The notes: generated by a model not told the origin, from the letters alone. Shown: positions 41,272 to 52,210, counted from the first letter of the stretch. The stretch: DNA of 64,000 nucleotides from Dehalococcoidia bacterium (GCA_963662615.2 CAXXSR010000001.1:96001-160000); one strand, 5' to 3'. Program-made: numbers and translations.

Positions 41272-42534
41272 ATGAAGTTCCATTGGTTCGGCTTCATGCC
41301 CTGGCCGCATCTGCCGGAGGATTTTCGCGAGAAGCACCACAGCGTCTGGGTTGACGTGGACTCCACTCTCTACGACCCCGTGAAGGGGCACAAGCTCTAC
41401 AACGACTACCTGGATCTGCTGGAGTTCGCGGCTGACGAGGGCTTCGACGGGCTTGGCGTCAACGAACACCATCAGAACGCGTACGGCTTGATGCCCTCGC
41501 CCCAGATCATGGCGGCCGCGCTGGCGCGTCGCACCCGTGACGTCTCGCTGCTGCTTCTGGGCCAATCCATCGCCCTCTACAACCCGCCCACCCGCGTGGC
41601 GGAGGAGATGGCCATGCTGGACGTCATCTCCGGCGGCCGCCTCATTGCCGGGTTCCCGGTGGGGTCGTCCATGGACGCGAACTACGCGATGGGCGCCAAT
41701 CCCGCGACCTTGCGGGAGAAGTACGCGGAAGCGCACGATCTGGTGGTGAAGTCATGGGCGGAGCCGAAGGTCTTCGCGTGGAACGGCAAGTATTTCAAGT
41801 TGCGCTACGTCAACGTGTGGCCGCGCCCCGTGCAGCGACCGCGCCCACCGATCTGGATCCCTGGCGGCGGCTCCGTTGAGACCTGGGACTTCTGCGCGAA
41901 GCGGGACTACAACTACAGCTTCCTCAGCTACAGCGGCTACTTGCGTGCCCAACAGGTGATGGACGCGTTCTGGCATCGTCTGGAGGAGATGAAGGTTGCT
42001 TTCAACCCCTATCAGGGAGCCTTCGCCCAGCTGATCGCCGTTGCCAACAGCGACGCCGAGGCCGAGGAGCTCTACGCCCCCCACGTCCGCTACTTCTTCG
42101 AGCGCTGCCTCCACATCTGGCCAGGTTTCGTGGACGCGCCCGGCTACCGCTCCGAGGCGACGATCCGCGCGGGCTTGGCAACGGCCTTCGGCGGGCGCCA
42201 ATCTTCGTCGAGCTACGCGCAGAAGTTGAGCTGGCGCGAATTGATCGAAGAGGGGTTCATCATCGGGGGCGGCGTGGACAGCGTGGTGGAGCAGATGGAG
42301 CGCCTCGCCCAGGGGCTCAAAGTGGGCCACGTGGTTTGCCTCATCCAGTTTGGTGACATGCCCGCGGACAAGGCTCGCTACAGCACGGAGCTGTTCGCGC
42401 GCAAGGTGATGCCCCAGATCCAACATCATTGGAGCGACTACGAGGATCACTGGTCACCGCGGCCCCTGCCGGCGGAACAGATGGCCGCGCCGCGCTCCAT
42501 CCGCACGGAAGCGCCGCTCGCTGGAGGCGACTAG
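41272..42534 (+). CDS. LLM-class flavin-dependent monooxygenase
   Basis: VNEHHQ, RVAEEMAMLDVISGGR and PRPVQRPRPPIW motifs. Confidence 0.92.
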   Translation: MKFHWFGFMPWPHLPEDFREKHHSVWVDVDSTLYDPVKGHKLYNDYLDLLEFAADEGFDGLGVNEHHQNAYGLMPSPQIMAAALARRTRDVSLLLLGQSIALYNPPTRVAEEMAMLDVISGGRLIAGFPVGSSMDANYAMGANPATLREKYAEAHDLVVKSWAEPKVFAWNGKYFKLRYVNVWPRPVQRPRPPIWIPGGGSVETWDFCAKRDYNYSFLSYSGYLRAQQVMDAFWHRLEEMKVAFNPYQGAFAQLIAVANSDAEAEELYAPHVRYFFERCLHIWPGFVDAPGYRSEATIRAGLATAFGGRQSSSSYAQKLSWRELIEEGFIIGGGVDSVVEQMERLAQGLKVGHVVCLIQFGDMPADKARYSTELFARKVMPQIQHHWSDYEDHWSPRPLPAEQMAAPRSIRTEAPLAGGD

Positions 42535-42536
42535 GG

Positions 42537-43325
42537 ATGGAGCTTCAGACCGTGCGCACCGAGCCGGGCGGTCTCAATGCCCACTACTATCGCGCGGGCA
42601 GCGGCGAGCCGGTGCTCTACCTGCATCACTTGGCGGGGTTGCAGAGCGGGGAGCCGGCCCTGGTGCGCCTGGCGGCGTCGTTCGACGTGATCGCGCCCTA
42701 CCATCCCGGTTGGGGGCCGGCCAAGGACGACCTGACGGCAGTGGAGAGTCCCCTGGACTTCGCCCTGTTCTATGCGGACTTTCTGGACGTGCTGGGACTG
42801 GAACGCGTGCACGTGGTCGGCATCAGTATCGGCGCCTGGCTGGGCGCGGAGCTGGCGGCGATCTTTCCGCAGCGCGTGCGCAAGCTGGTGCTGGTGAATC
42901 CCCTGGGGCAATGGCTGGCGGAGGCGCCGGGCGAGGATCCCTTCGCCCAGCATCCTGCCCGACCAACGGCCATGCTCTTCGCCGATCCGGACTCGCGTCA
43001 ATCCCTCCTGATGGAAGGCCAGGATCCCACCGAAGCCTACGTGCAGGAGGTGCTGAACCTTCGCGCCGGGGCGAAGTTCCTCTTTCCGATCCCGGATACG
43101 GGCATTGCGCGGCGCCTCGGCCGGATCCAAGCGGCCACGTTGGTCGTCACCAGCGAAGAGGACAAGGTGGTCTTGCCGCCCTACGGCCCGCTGTGGCAGT
43201 CGCAGATCGCGGGGGCGCATCTCGCCACACTGCCGCATGCAGGCCATCTCGCCGAATTGGATGCGCCGGAGGCCTTCGCCGCCTTGGTGTCCAACTTCAT
43301 CCTCCACGATCAGGCGGGGCAATAA
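42537..43325 (+). CDS. Alpha/beta hydrolase, in an operon with the LLM gene
   Basis: GISIG nucleophile elbow and AGHL motif; 2 bp after the LLM stop. Confidence 0.88.
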   Translation: MELQTVRTEPGGLNAHYYRAGSGEPVLYLHHLAGLQSGEPALVRLAASFDVIAPYHPGWGPAKDDLTAVESPLDFALFYADFLDVLGLERVHVVGISIGAWLGAELAAIFPQRVRKLVLVNPLGQWLAEAPGEDPFAQHPARPTAMLFADPDSRQSLLMEGQDPTEAYVQEVLNLRAGAKFLFPIPDTGIARRLGRIQAATLVVTSEEDKVVLPPYGPLWQSQIAGAHLATLPHAGHLAELDAPEAFAALVSNFILHDQAGQ

Positions 43326-43344
43326 TTCACGCTCCGCTCGCCAC

Positions 43345-43448
43345 CGCGGCAGAACCACGGCCGCGTCGTTGCGATCCCGATCCTCGGGGGCCTCCATCAT
43401 CGCTCCGAGCGTGCCGCGGCCTGACGATCCGCATTTTGTGGTCTCACA
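43345..43448 (+). mobile_element. IS integrase-core transposase C-terminal scrap plus right end
   Basis: GRVVAIPILGGLHHRSERAAA*, then GATCCGCATTTTGTGGTCTCACA. Confidence 0.65.
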
Positions 43449-43452
43449 CGCG

Positions 43453-45060
43453 TCAGTCGTCAAACGGGCCGAGGACATCTACCGGCTGTCCGGGGATAGC
43501 ACCTCCCAGGTGCTCCTCGGAAAGCGCCCCAGGCACGATGTCGTGCGCCGGCATAAATCTCGCTACGAGCCCGGCGCCCAACAGCGCCACGGCTCCCGTC
43601 ACGATGTAGACGACGAACTGGGCGTCCACGAACGCCGACCCAGCGGCGGCGACCAGGTTCGTCCCGATGTCGCCGCCCAGGTCGTCCGCTATCTGGAGCG
43701 CCCCACCGATCGAGTTCCTCGCCGTGTTCGACGCCTCCGCCGACAGATCACTGACGGCGTCCGTCAGGCGCGACGAGTACATGGAATTCAGGATCGACCC
43801 GTAAATCGCGATCCCAAGAGCACCCCCTATCTGCCGAGTGGTATCGTTCAGTGCGGACGCCACACCCGCCTGCGCCTCCGGCACGGCGGCCATCACCGCA
43901 TCGGTGGCCGGCGCCATGGCATTCGCCATGCCGATGCCGACGACCAGCAGCAGCACCGCGATGACCCAGTAGGAAGTCGTCAGGTCGAGCACGGCCAGGC
44001 TCGCAATCGCGCCCGCCACCACCAGCATCCCGCCCGAAATGACCTTCCTCGAACCAAGCCTGCCCACCAGCGCGGCCGAGACGGGCGCGCCGATCATGAA
44101 ACCGAGTGCGAGGGGGACGAGCCGCAGCCCCGTGTCCAGCGGCGAGTAGTCACGCACGAACTGCAGGTACTGCGTGATGAGGAACAGCGTCCCCAGCATC
44201 GCCATGAAGACGATCCCGACCGCACCGGCGCCGGCCGACAGCCGTGCGTTCCGGAAGAGCCGGATGTCCAGCATTGGCTGCGGCGTGCGTAGCTCGTAAT
44301 AGACGAACAGCACGCCCGCGGCCGCCGCGGCCGCGAAGCCCCCGAGCGTGACTGGGTCGAGCCAGCCGCGCTCGGGCGCTTCGATGAGCGAATAGATAAG
44401 CGCGCTGAGTGCCGCCATCGAGATCACTGCGCCCGGAACGTCGATCTTCCCGGGCGATGGGTCCTTGCTCTCAGGGATCAGTAGGCGACTGCTGAGGAGG
44501 ATGACGGCGACGACCGGCAGGTTGATCAGGAAGATCGCGCCCCACGAAAACTCTTCCAACAGCCATCCGCCGAGGACCATCCCGATCGGAATCCCGAGGG
44601 CTGCGACGGCCGCCCAGATCCCGATAGCCCTGGCGCGCTCCGCGCGCGGAAAGACGTCCACCAGGATGGACAACGTCGACGGCATGATCAGCGCGCCGCC
44701 GATCCCCTGGCCAGCGCGCGCCGCGATCAGCTGTGAGCTCGTTTCGGAGAATGCCGCCGCCAGGCTCGCCGCCGCGAAGATCACCATCCCTGCTTCCAGG
44801 GCACGCCGCCTGCCGAACCGGTCGCCCAGGGTGCCCATCGTAAGCAAGAGGCCGGCGAACACGAGGATGTACGCGTTGATGATCCACTGTAGTGACGCCG
44901 CGGAGGCGTCAAGGTCACGCTGCAGCGTCGGAATCGCGACATTCAGGACCGTGACGTCGAGCGCAATGACGAGGAGGCTGAGCGAGAGCACTCCGAGTGT
45001 CCAGTAGCGACGCCGATACTTGCGTGAGTCGAGATCTGGCTGGGTCGCCGCATGTCCCAC
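43453..45060 (-). CDS. DHA2 (EmrB/QacA-like) MFS efflux transporter
   Basis: LDVTVLNVAIP, GTLGDRFGRR, QGIGGALIMP and IFLINLP motifs. Confidence 0.92.
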   Translation of the reverse strand: MGHAATQPDLDSRKYRRRYWTLGVLSLSLLVIALDVTVLNVAIPTLQRDLDASAASLQWIINAYILVFAGLLLTMGTLGDRFGRRRALEAGMVIFAAASLAAAFSETSSQLIAARAGQGIGGALIMPSTLSILVDVFPRAERARAIGIWAAVAALGIPIGMVLGGWLLEEFSWGAIFLINLPVVAVILLSSRLLIPESKDPSPGKIDVPGAVISMAALSALIYSLIEAPERGWLDPVTLGGFAAAAAAGVLFVYYELRTPQPMLDIRLFRNARLSAGAGAVGIVFMAMLGTLFLITQYLQFVRDYSPLDTGLRLVPLALGFMIGAPVSAALVGRLGSRKVISGGMLVVAGAIASLAVLDLTTSYWVIAVLLLVVGIGMANAMAPATDAVMAAVPEAQAGVASALNDTTRQIGGALGIAIYGSILNSMYSSRLTDAVSDLSAEASNTARNSIGGALQIADDLGGDIGTNLVAAAGSAFVDAQFVVYIVTGAVALLGAGLVARFMPAHDIVPGALSEEHLGGAIPGQPVDVLGPFDD

Positions 45061-45379
45061 TGTGGTAGCCCCTTCCTGAATCTGTGGGCCACGAACACTC
45101 GATCGTGCCTCAGGCCGCTCACTGATAGACGTGATCCAATCCTCCGGGCACGGGCGTGGCGATGATTCGGCCCGCGCCCGCCCGCACTGGTCGAGAACTG
45201 TTGGGCGGCTCCAAGTCCAACGTCTAGTGCGTGGTCCGAAGCCCAAATTGCGGGCGCATGCAGGGGGAGGAAGGTGCGCCGATCGCGATCGGTGAGCGGG
45301 AGCCGCCGCCGGGATCACCGGCAGACCTCCAATTGAGCGCTGGCTCCGTGCGGGCTGTTGGCATGCTTCTGTCCTCGAA

Positions 45380-45436
45380 GTAACTGCTTGATATTTAGAA
45401 GTTACAAGCCAAACTAAAGGTCTAACTTTATAAAGT
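45380..45436. promoter_or_regulatory. AT-rich divergent promoter region with candidate HxlR-type operators
   Basis: GTAACTGCT-N8-AGAAGTTAC and the perfect palindrome ACTTTATAAAGT just upstream of the regulator. Confidence 0.5.
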
Positions 45437-45480
45437 CAAGTTATGAATTCTCATTGAGCAGTGTGAGCTATACTTCTTAT

Positions 45481-46176
45481 ATGCCAAAGGACTATCACCA
45501 GTTCTGCCCGATGGCACGGAGCCTCGAACATGTTGGCGAGCGCTGGACGCTCCTGGTCGTGCGCGATCTGCTGTGGGGCCCGATGCGCTACTCCGACCTC
45601 GAGAGGAGCCTCGTCGGCATCGGCTCGAACCTGCTGTCAAGCCGGCTGAAGGATTTGCAGGCCGCCGGCATCGTCGAGAAGTACGACCTGCCCCCGCCGG
45701 CCGCCTCCACGGTCTACGCGCTCACCGACCTCGGTCGCGAGCTGCGGCCAGTGCTGCAGGCGCTGGCGACGTGGGGCCTGAATTTCCTGCACGAGCAGCC
45801 GCTCGACCAGATCGACTTCGTAGAGGCGCTCGCCACCCGGGCACCGCTCGCGTTGAGGCGCACGCCTCCGACCGAGGAGTGGTACGAGTTCGTGATCGAC
45901 GGCTGCACGGCCGCTGTCCACGCCGGCCCGGGCATTTTTGAGGTGAGCGAGGCTGCCCCTCGCACGCCCGACGCGCGCATCACTGCAACACCTGCGCACT
46001 TCATGAGGATCGTGGAGTCCTCCCGCACCATCGCTGACGCCGTCGAGGCCGGAGACATTGCCGTCCAGGGCGACCTCGCCGCCGCGGAGCGCGCGGTCAG
46101 GCTCTTCCGCATGCCCGGCATCCAGCCGGAGGTCGCGACGGAGATGCTGGCGGAGGCCAAACTACAGCCGCCGTAA
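45481..46176 (+). CDS. HxlR-family winged-helix regulator with SCP2-like C-terminal domain
   Basis: YHQFCPMARSLEHVGERWTLLVVRDL and YALTDLG motifs. Confidence 0.9.
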   Translation: MPKDYHQFCPMARSLEHVGERWTLLVVRDLLWGPMRYSDLERSLVGIGSNLLSSRLKDLQAAGIVEKYDLPPPAASTVYALTDLGRELRPVLQALATWGLNFLHEQPLDQIDFVEALATRAPLALRRTPPTEEWYEFVIDGCTAAVHAGPGIFEVSEAAPRTPDARITATPAHFMRIVESSRTIADAVEAGDIAVQGDLAAAERAVRLFRMPGIQPEVATEMLAEAKLQPP

Positions 46177-46404
46177 GAACCTCTGGCAGCTGATGGGCGA
46201 GACCGGCGAGTGGACGATACGGCATGCCGAGCTCGCCAGGTGGGGTCGGATACCATCGCTGCCCTCCCAGCGGCAAGGATAGCGGCGGGGCCGTCGCTCG
46301 GCGGCGAACCAGCAGTAGCGCCAGTCGCGCCCGTATTTTTTGAGGTGCCCGCCACCAGATGGGAATGAGGTTGGGGCACCCTACAGATCTGCGCTCCATC
46401 TCAA

Positions 46405-46578
46405 TACCAGCAATGGTGAGCGATGCCGCTGCGCCCAGTGCCGCGGCCGTACGCAGATGGTTCGATGCCGCCCACTCTCCGACGCAGCGTCGCCAGATCC
46501 CGGCGCTGTCGGCGTGCTCAGGATTGACGGCCGCCAGCGCGTCGTTGCGCGGCATACATTGAACGCCCCCGTCACCAA
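46405..46578 (-). pseudogene. DUF1772 (anthrone oxygenase-like) 3' fragment
   Basis: VTGAFNV / PRNDALAAV...W..NHLRTAA; frameshifted. Confidence 0.6.
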
Positions 46579-46700
46579 AACGGCTCCGATGACGGAGAGG
46601 GCCCTGCCGACACGCTGATAGAACAGCTCCGGTTCTTCCCATCCAAACGCGGATAAGACGGCCTTGGCGACACAGACCAGCGCCGTACCGAAAAGCGCGC

Positions 46701-47045
46701 TTACTCGTAGACGTGGTTGGGCAGGAACTCGACCTGCTTGACCTCCATCTTCCCCTGGTTGTAGTTGATCCCGGTTTCGTCGTGCCCGGGGAAGACGAAG
46801 GCGTCCGTCTCCTTGGCGATGCCCTCGATCTTCGTCATCGAGGCGGCGGCGTTCTCATTGCTGAAGTTCACGAAATTGGGAAGGTATGGCGGGCCGTAGG
46901 CGTCGTGGGTTGCGATCGCGTCGCCGGTCAAGATCGCCCAGCCCGTGTGGTCCAGCTTCGTCACGATCCCCATCGAACCGGGCGTGTGCCCCGGCAGGCT
47001 GATTGTCCAGAGGTCCTTCAGGATCTCCTGGTCGCCGTACATCAG
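46701..47045 (-). pseudogene. AHL-lactonase-like MBL protein, 3' fragment
   Basis: PGHTPG, LTGDA and FPGHD motifs; HxHxDH motif missing. Confidence 0.75.
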
Positions 47046-47290
47046 CGTGGGACGCTTTCGTGACAGGCGATGCGGAGGCCGACCTCGCCGCGCCGGAGCA
47101 GACGGTGCGGGATCTGGCGGTCAAGCTCGTGCCCCGGCTGCGAGTTGCCTGCGTCACCGATCCGCTTGACACATGCCGCTAGCCGAGCATCCATGTCATC
47201 GATGGGCCTTCCAACTGTCGCAGCTGCGCACCCGAGCTCCGCGGCGAACCCGCCTCACCTGCGTTTCCGCCGGCGCCGATGGAACGAGAG

Positions 47291-47332
47291 TGAATCTCTA
47301 TTTCGGACAGACCTGTCCGACATAGGATGGGG
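47291..47332. repeat. 42-bp palindrome copy
   Basis: TGAATC TCTATT TCGGAC AGACCT GTCCGA CATAGG ATGGGG. Confidence 0.8.
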
Positions 47333-47932
47333 CTGCGCACAGAGGAACAGGCCACGGCAACCGGAGGTACTGCGGGCGCTGCCGCGGATGCACCTCCTCC
47401 GGCCTCCGCAGCTGCTAGCCTCAACCAGGCGGGCCGTCGCCATCACGGGAACTGAAATCAGCCCTTCGTTGCCCGATCATCAGTGCGTCCACGAGAAGAC
47501 GAACTCTCCCGAGGTGCTTCGCTCGGTCGCGGATGGAGTTGCGCTACCCGATGACGTCAAACTTCGCCACGTCTGGCGGTGTCCGCACTGCGGGCATGTG
47601 GACCGGATCGGTCTGGTGAACGCGCGGCACGTGCACCCCGCGATCGTGCGGCGCATCGAGACATGGCTGGCGGGCCAGGAACGACAGGCGAAGTGAATAC
47701 AAGCGGTGGCTCCCCGGTCAGCGCGATCGCTATCGGTAATCGTCGCGGGATGACTCATTACACCTGACAAGGCGAGGGAGGGCAAGACCCTCTTTCCATC
47801 TGGAAGACAACGTCTGAATCCGAAGCAGATGGAGTTTTGAGCCCAGCACCTCGGCCCCGGAGCCGGAGCTGGCGGAGCAGAAAGTCGATCATTCTCGCGC
47901 CCGCTGGCGCCGCGGGGACTGAGAATCGGACC

Positions 47933-47974
47933 AGCCATCCAGAGTCGGACAGATCTGTCCGACATAGAGTTCGG
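47933..47974. repeat. 42-bp palindrome copy
   Basis: AGCCAT CCAGAG TCGGAC AGATCT GTCCGA CATAGA GTTCGG. Confidence 0.8.
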
Positions 47975-48242
47975 CATCGTTCCCGGAGCTCTAGACGTCG
48001 ACAAGAGAATTCCCGAGTCGCTGCCTTTCCAGCTGTGCTTCCTCCCGCGTTCCCATCTCCGAGGCGCCGCTCGACTCCGGTGGGCGCAGTGCAAAGTCCG
48101 GATCTGGGCTCACGATGGGGTCTGGAGACAGCACAGGATGGAGTTTTGGGCCGGCACAGGTGGCCAGGACTCGCGTTGCGGGTCCGACGGTGATGGTTGC
48201 CCTGGTGATGATCGTATCTGCCGATGCCGCGGGGGATGTCCA

Positions 48243-51200
48243 TCAGGGCGCCGGTTGTTCCCAGTCAGCTTGCCGCGAAGCGAGCACCCAGACGCCCTCA
48301 CCGTGTCTGAAGGTCGTCGCTGTGTTCAAGAATGCCGGCGCGCCGGGCGTGAACGAGCGGAATTGCTGCGTTGCCGCGTCCCACGTGAACACGGCCTGGG
48401 CGACGTCACCCAGCCCCTCCAGCGCGTCAGCGACGCTCGCGCCATCGGGACCGGTCCATGCGACGAGATTGAACCCCGGCAGCAATGGAACCATCCGCGC
48501 TTCGGTCACGGGGGCCAGGCTCCACCTCCCGCCTCCGGGCACGTTGATCCAGACGCCGTCTCCGGCCCGCAGTTCGCTTAGGGAGTTGAGGAACGCGGGT
48601 GCGCTGGGATCGAACGAGCGAAAGCTCTGCGCCACTGCGTTCCATGTGAAGATTGCCGACGGCGTCCCGTCGATCGCAGCGAGCGCGTCGATGATCGACG
48701 TCGTCGCCGGCGTTCCGACCAAGTTCCATCCCGCTGCGAGGCTCTGCACTCGAGTGCTCGCGGAAATCGTGAACGCGAGTTCCGATTCGTTTCCGGCGAG
48801 GTCGCTCACCGTGAGGACGCCGCTCTGTCCGGCGACAAGGGTGTCCGTCGTGGCGACAAAGGCCAACGCGGCGTGGTAGGAGGTGGCCACGTTCGCGCCA
48901 TCAACCACGACAGTGATGGTCGCAGTATCCACTCCGGACTCATCGTCCGACACGCCGGCAACAAACCCCTCCGCCGTCTGCAGGATCGCCAGCGAGGGGC
49001 CGCTGCTATCAACGCCGACCACAAAGAGACCAAGCCGGTCAATCTCCGCTTGGACGCCGCGAACATCCGTGTTCACCATGGTTTGCAGCGGCTGCCAGCC
49101 TCCATGGGCCCAGCGATAGATCGCGAGGTCGTCCGCGACGGAATCGAACGCCTCGTCGTAGGCGATGGTGAGTGTGAGAGCAGGATCCGCCGTGGCGTCG
49201 AACGGGCTGACCTCAACGATGTCTGAGACGAAGAAGCCGGTCCCAAACTGTGCCGATCGGAGACGGTCGGCGGCCACCGCCGCATTGGGCTCGGCGCGCA
49301 CGCCCTGCGTTGCCAGGGATGCACTGCCAATGCTATTCGTCCTGGCTTCCACACTGAAGAAATCCATCACGTCACCGAGGAACGTCACGATGGTCCCGCC
49401 GGGGACGCCGGTGAGCACGACGCGCGTCCCGCCTTCATTCAGGGAATCGAAGGCGTCGCCCCCCAGCGTGGTCAGCGCCTCCCGCGCGTTCACGCGGTCG
49501 AAGGCCTCGCTCAGCGCACTGACGATCATGTCCGTCAGATCACCGTCACGATTGATGGTCGGACCCGCCGGGAAGTCGATCGCCGGCACGAACTGGCCGT
49601 CTTGGATGAGCCAGACTTGTGTGGTCTGGCGGTCGGTCGCTATCCACTCCCCGGTGAGTGACCCGGACAAGGAGATGCCGGCAAGGAGGTCCACTCTGGC
49701 GCCGAGGGCCAGAGGAATCTTGAGTCCCCGCCCTTCCGTGTTAATGATCGTCATCGTGCCCGGCACCGCTTCGACGGAGGCCTCCAAGAACCCCAAGAGC
49801 TGGAGCCAGTCGAATTGCGTGTCGAGCGTAGGGTCAAGGAGGACCCGCATCGTCGTCCAGAGAGGGGAGTTTTGAATCGCGTCCCCGTCGAATGCGTAGA
49901 TGATTCGATCCTTGAGGATGTCCTGAGTCTGCGTCTGATCGACGGACAACTCGAAGATCAGCTGGTCGAGGACGCCGGGTTGGCTGAATTCGAACTTCAC
50001 CACGGCGCTGGTGGCTCCCGTATCACGGATGGTGGGAGGGAGGAACTCGCTGTCGCCCGGGTCGATGAGGTTGGGGAAAATCAGGCTGGGCTGCGGAGTG
50101 AACGTCCCTTCGAACCCGAGATCGGCGCGAAAGATGATGGTGCCGCGATTCGTCACGAGGTCGGTTTGGAAACCGAGCGAGGCACTGGCGGTTCCTTTCG
50201 CCGAAACGCCAAGGCTGTATGGGTTGAGCTTGGGACTGCTCAGGATCGAAAACAGCCCTTTCACCTCCGCTTTCGCGCCGAGCGCCATGCCGGCTTCGTT
50301 CTTCACGAGGAAGGCATCGTAGCTTTGCGACAGGTCAAATCCGCCAATCAGGTCAATCAGCGCATCCGCTCTTGCGTCGTTCATCGCGATCGTGTCGATG
50401 GCCCCGGCCGCGAGGTATGCCGCCAGGGCTTGGCGCTGGTCGGGCTGCGTGAGGTCCGTCAGCCGCAGAACGCCCGTGTGGTATTCCCGGCTCTCGACCC
50501 CCACCTTCAGGCCCGCCGTGATGCTCGGCTGCAGCACGATCAGCTTGGCGCTCACGCCCAGCCCGCCTTGCAGACCGATGCCGTAGGTGACGGAACGTGT
50601 GCTCTCGACGAGCACGCTTCCATCTTTGGGCAACTCGAGAGCGAATCCGACATCCGATTTTTGCGAAAGATACAGACCTGCGCCCGCTTCAATTTTGGCG
50701 CTTCCGGTCGTTTCGAGACGGCTCTTCGTTTCCCGCTCGACGAGCTCGACCGTCATTGAGGGCCAGCCCTCGACGCTTTCGGCGACGTCGTCGTGCCAGG
50801 CGCGCGCGAAAGACACCGTCGAAGTACCGAGCGGCAAATCGCCACTCGGGATCTCGCAGAATAGCCGGCCGTCGGACCGGGTCGTGCACTCGCCGACGGG
50901 CTTCAACGTCGCGCGCACGTTTGTCGCCGGCAGGAGATCGTCTTCGTTGACGATGCGGAATTCGCGGAACAAGCGTGCGCCATGTTCCGCTTCGGGCGGG
51001 TAGTTGTATGGCTCGGACATGCGGACGGTGTCCGCCGCGTCCGGAATCGCGGTCTCGACGCGGATGTTGAACGCACCCAGGGACCAGATGGACTGATCCG
51101 CGCGGAGTCGGAAGGGGATCATCGTCCCGGGGGCGAAGTCACCGAGGAACAATTCGAGGGTCGACGGAGGGAGCACTTGCGCCAACGCTTCCTCGCCGCG

Positions 51201-51671
51201 ACCCGGGCTCCTCAGGTCGCCGGGTCTGGTCAGAACGCTGTCGTAGTTCTCGTCCACCCAAGTCCAGTAGAACCGGACGCGGGTGTCGATAGGCGTCACA
51301 TAGATCCGGTATTCAACACCGGGCTCCACCGGCAGCCAGTAGAACTCCATCATGTACTGTCGGAATTCATCCCATGCGCTGTCTGGCCCGCAGCCGGAAG
51401 TGTAGAACTGCGACGTGCACCCGTCGTTGGGAGCGTCATAGAACTCTGCCGGCGGCGATACGAGTTCCCCGCGCTGCGCAGCGCCATCCGGCTCCAGCGT
51501 CAGCGCGGTGGCGAAATCGGTCTGGAATTGCTCTGGCCCGTACCCTTCGATGTCGTTGGCAGCCGTTTGGGGGATGCTGCCAGGTCCGGAGCCGATCATT
51601 ACGGCTGTCACGGCGATAAGCAGCGTGGCGATAGCGGCGATTGTCAGGCGGCGAATTCCAGTCAGACTCAT
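48243..51671 (-). CDS. Large secreted/surface protein with two C-terminal GWNLV/GFNLV repeats
   Basis: Signal-like N-terminus; repeats L.AGWNLV...FTW.A..Q.FRSF.P.APAFLN. Confidence 0.8.
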   Translation of the reverse strand: MSLTGIRRLTIAAIATLLIAVTAVMIGSGPGSIPQTAANDIEGYGPEQFQTDFATALTLEPDGAAQRGELVSPPAEFYDAPNDGCTSQFYTSGCGPDSAWDEFRQYMMEFYWLPVEPGVEYRIYVTPIDTRVRFYWTWVDENYDSVLTRPGDLRSPGRGEEALAQVLPPSTLELFLGDFAPGTMIPFRLRADQSIWSLGAFNIRVETAIPDAADTVRMSEPYNYPPEAEHGARLFREFRIVNEDDLLPATNVRATLKPVGECTTRSDGRLFCEIPSGDLPLGTSTVSFARAWHDDVAESVEGWPSMTVELVERETKSRLETTGSAKIEAGAGLYLSQKSDVGFALELPKDGSVLVESTRSVTYGIGLQGGLGVSAKLIVLQPSITAGLKVGVESREYHTGVLRLTDLTQPDQRQALAAYLAAGAIDTIAMNDARADALIDLIGGFDLSQSYDAFLVKNEAGMALGAKAEVKGLFSILSSPKLNPYSLGVSAKGTASASLGFQTDLVTNRGTIIFRADLGFEGTFTPQPSLIFPNLIDPGDSEFLPPTIRDTGATSAVVKFEFSQPGVLDQLIFELSVDQTQTQDILKDRIIYAFDGDAIQNSPLWTTMRVLLDPTLDTQFDWLQLLGFLEASVEAVPGTMTIINTEGRGLKIPLALGARVDLLAGISLSGSLTGEWIATDRQTTQVWLIQDGQFVPAIDFPAGPTINRDGDLTDMIVSALSEAFDRVNAREALTTLGGDAFDSLNEGGTRVVLTGVPGGTIVTFLGDVMDFFSVEARTNSIGSASLATQGVRAEPNAAVAADRLRSAQFGTGFFVSDIVEVSPFDATADPALTLTIAYDEAFDSVADDLAIYRWAHGGWQPLQTMVNTDVRGVQAEIDRLGLFVVGVDSSGPSLAILQTAEGFVAGVSDDESGVDTATITVVVDGANVATSYHAALAFVATTDTLVAGQSGVLTVSDLAGNESELAFTISASTRVQSLAAGWNLVGTPATTSIIDALAAIDGTPSAIFTWNAVAQSFRSFDPSAPAFLNSLSELRAGDGVWINVPGGGRWSLAPVTEARMVPLLPGFNLVAWTGPDGASVADALEGLGDVAQAVFTWDAATQQFRSFTPGAPAFLNTATTFRHGEGVWVLASRQADWEQPAP

Positions 51672-52049
51672 TGGGCAGCTCGATCTCCATGGTGGTGAGG
51701 GGTGCAGATGCCCCGAGGGTCGCATAGGCCTCGCGATCGGGCACCATACGATCCTATTGGAGCGTTGAACCGGCTGGTATGAGGAGTGTTCCTAGTGCGG
51801 TGTGCGCTATCCCTCCAGTAAGCAGTGAAGGAGGTCTCAATCAGACGGGAAGCGTTGCGCACCGGTCGGCCGCTCTGGTGTGGTGTCTCAAAACTCCACT
51901 CCCACCTGCGAGCGTAGGTGATTGACCCGATGAGGAACTTGACGCTTCGCAAACGCCGGACCGCATGAATGAAAATCCGCTGGTCATGCCATCGCGGGTC
52001 CAGACGAGTCCGCCGCGAGAAGGCTAGCGACGCCGGGGGTCGTCATTTT

Positions 52050-52210
52050 CTCCGCCTCCGCCACACCTTCGCGATCTGGGCCATCGAGAACCACACCCGC
52101 GAGTTGGACGTGCAGTTCCTTCTCGGCCCCTCCCTTCGGCGATGGTGCGGCGCTACTCGGCGACGTACGACGCCGCCAAGGCGGCCGCAGCGCACGCGGC
52201 CTTTAGCACC
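52050..52210 (+). pseudogene. Tyrosine recombinase C-terminal relic 4
   Basis: LRHTFAIWAIENHTRELDVQFLLG / AMVRRYSATYDAAKAAAAHAAFS. Confidence 0.85.

Noticed and set aside
47420-47696. Small CPHCG-containing ORF
   Set aside because: No clear start codon or family; could be a gene fragment but unsupported.
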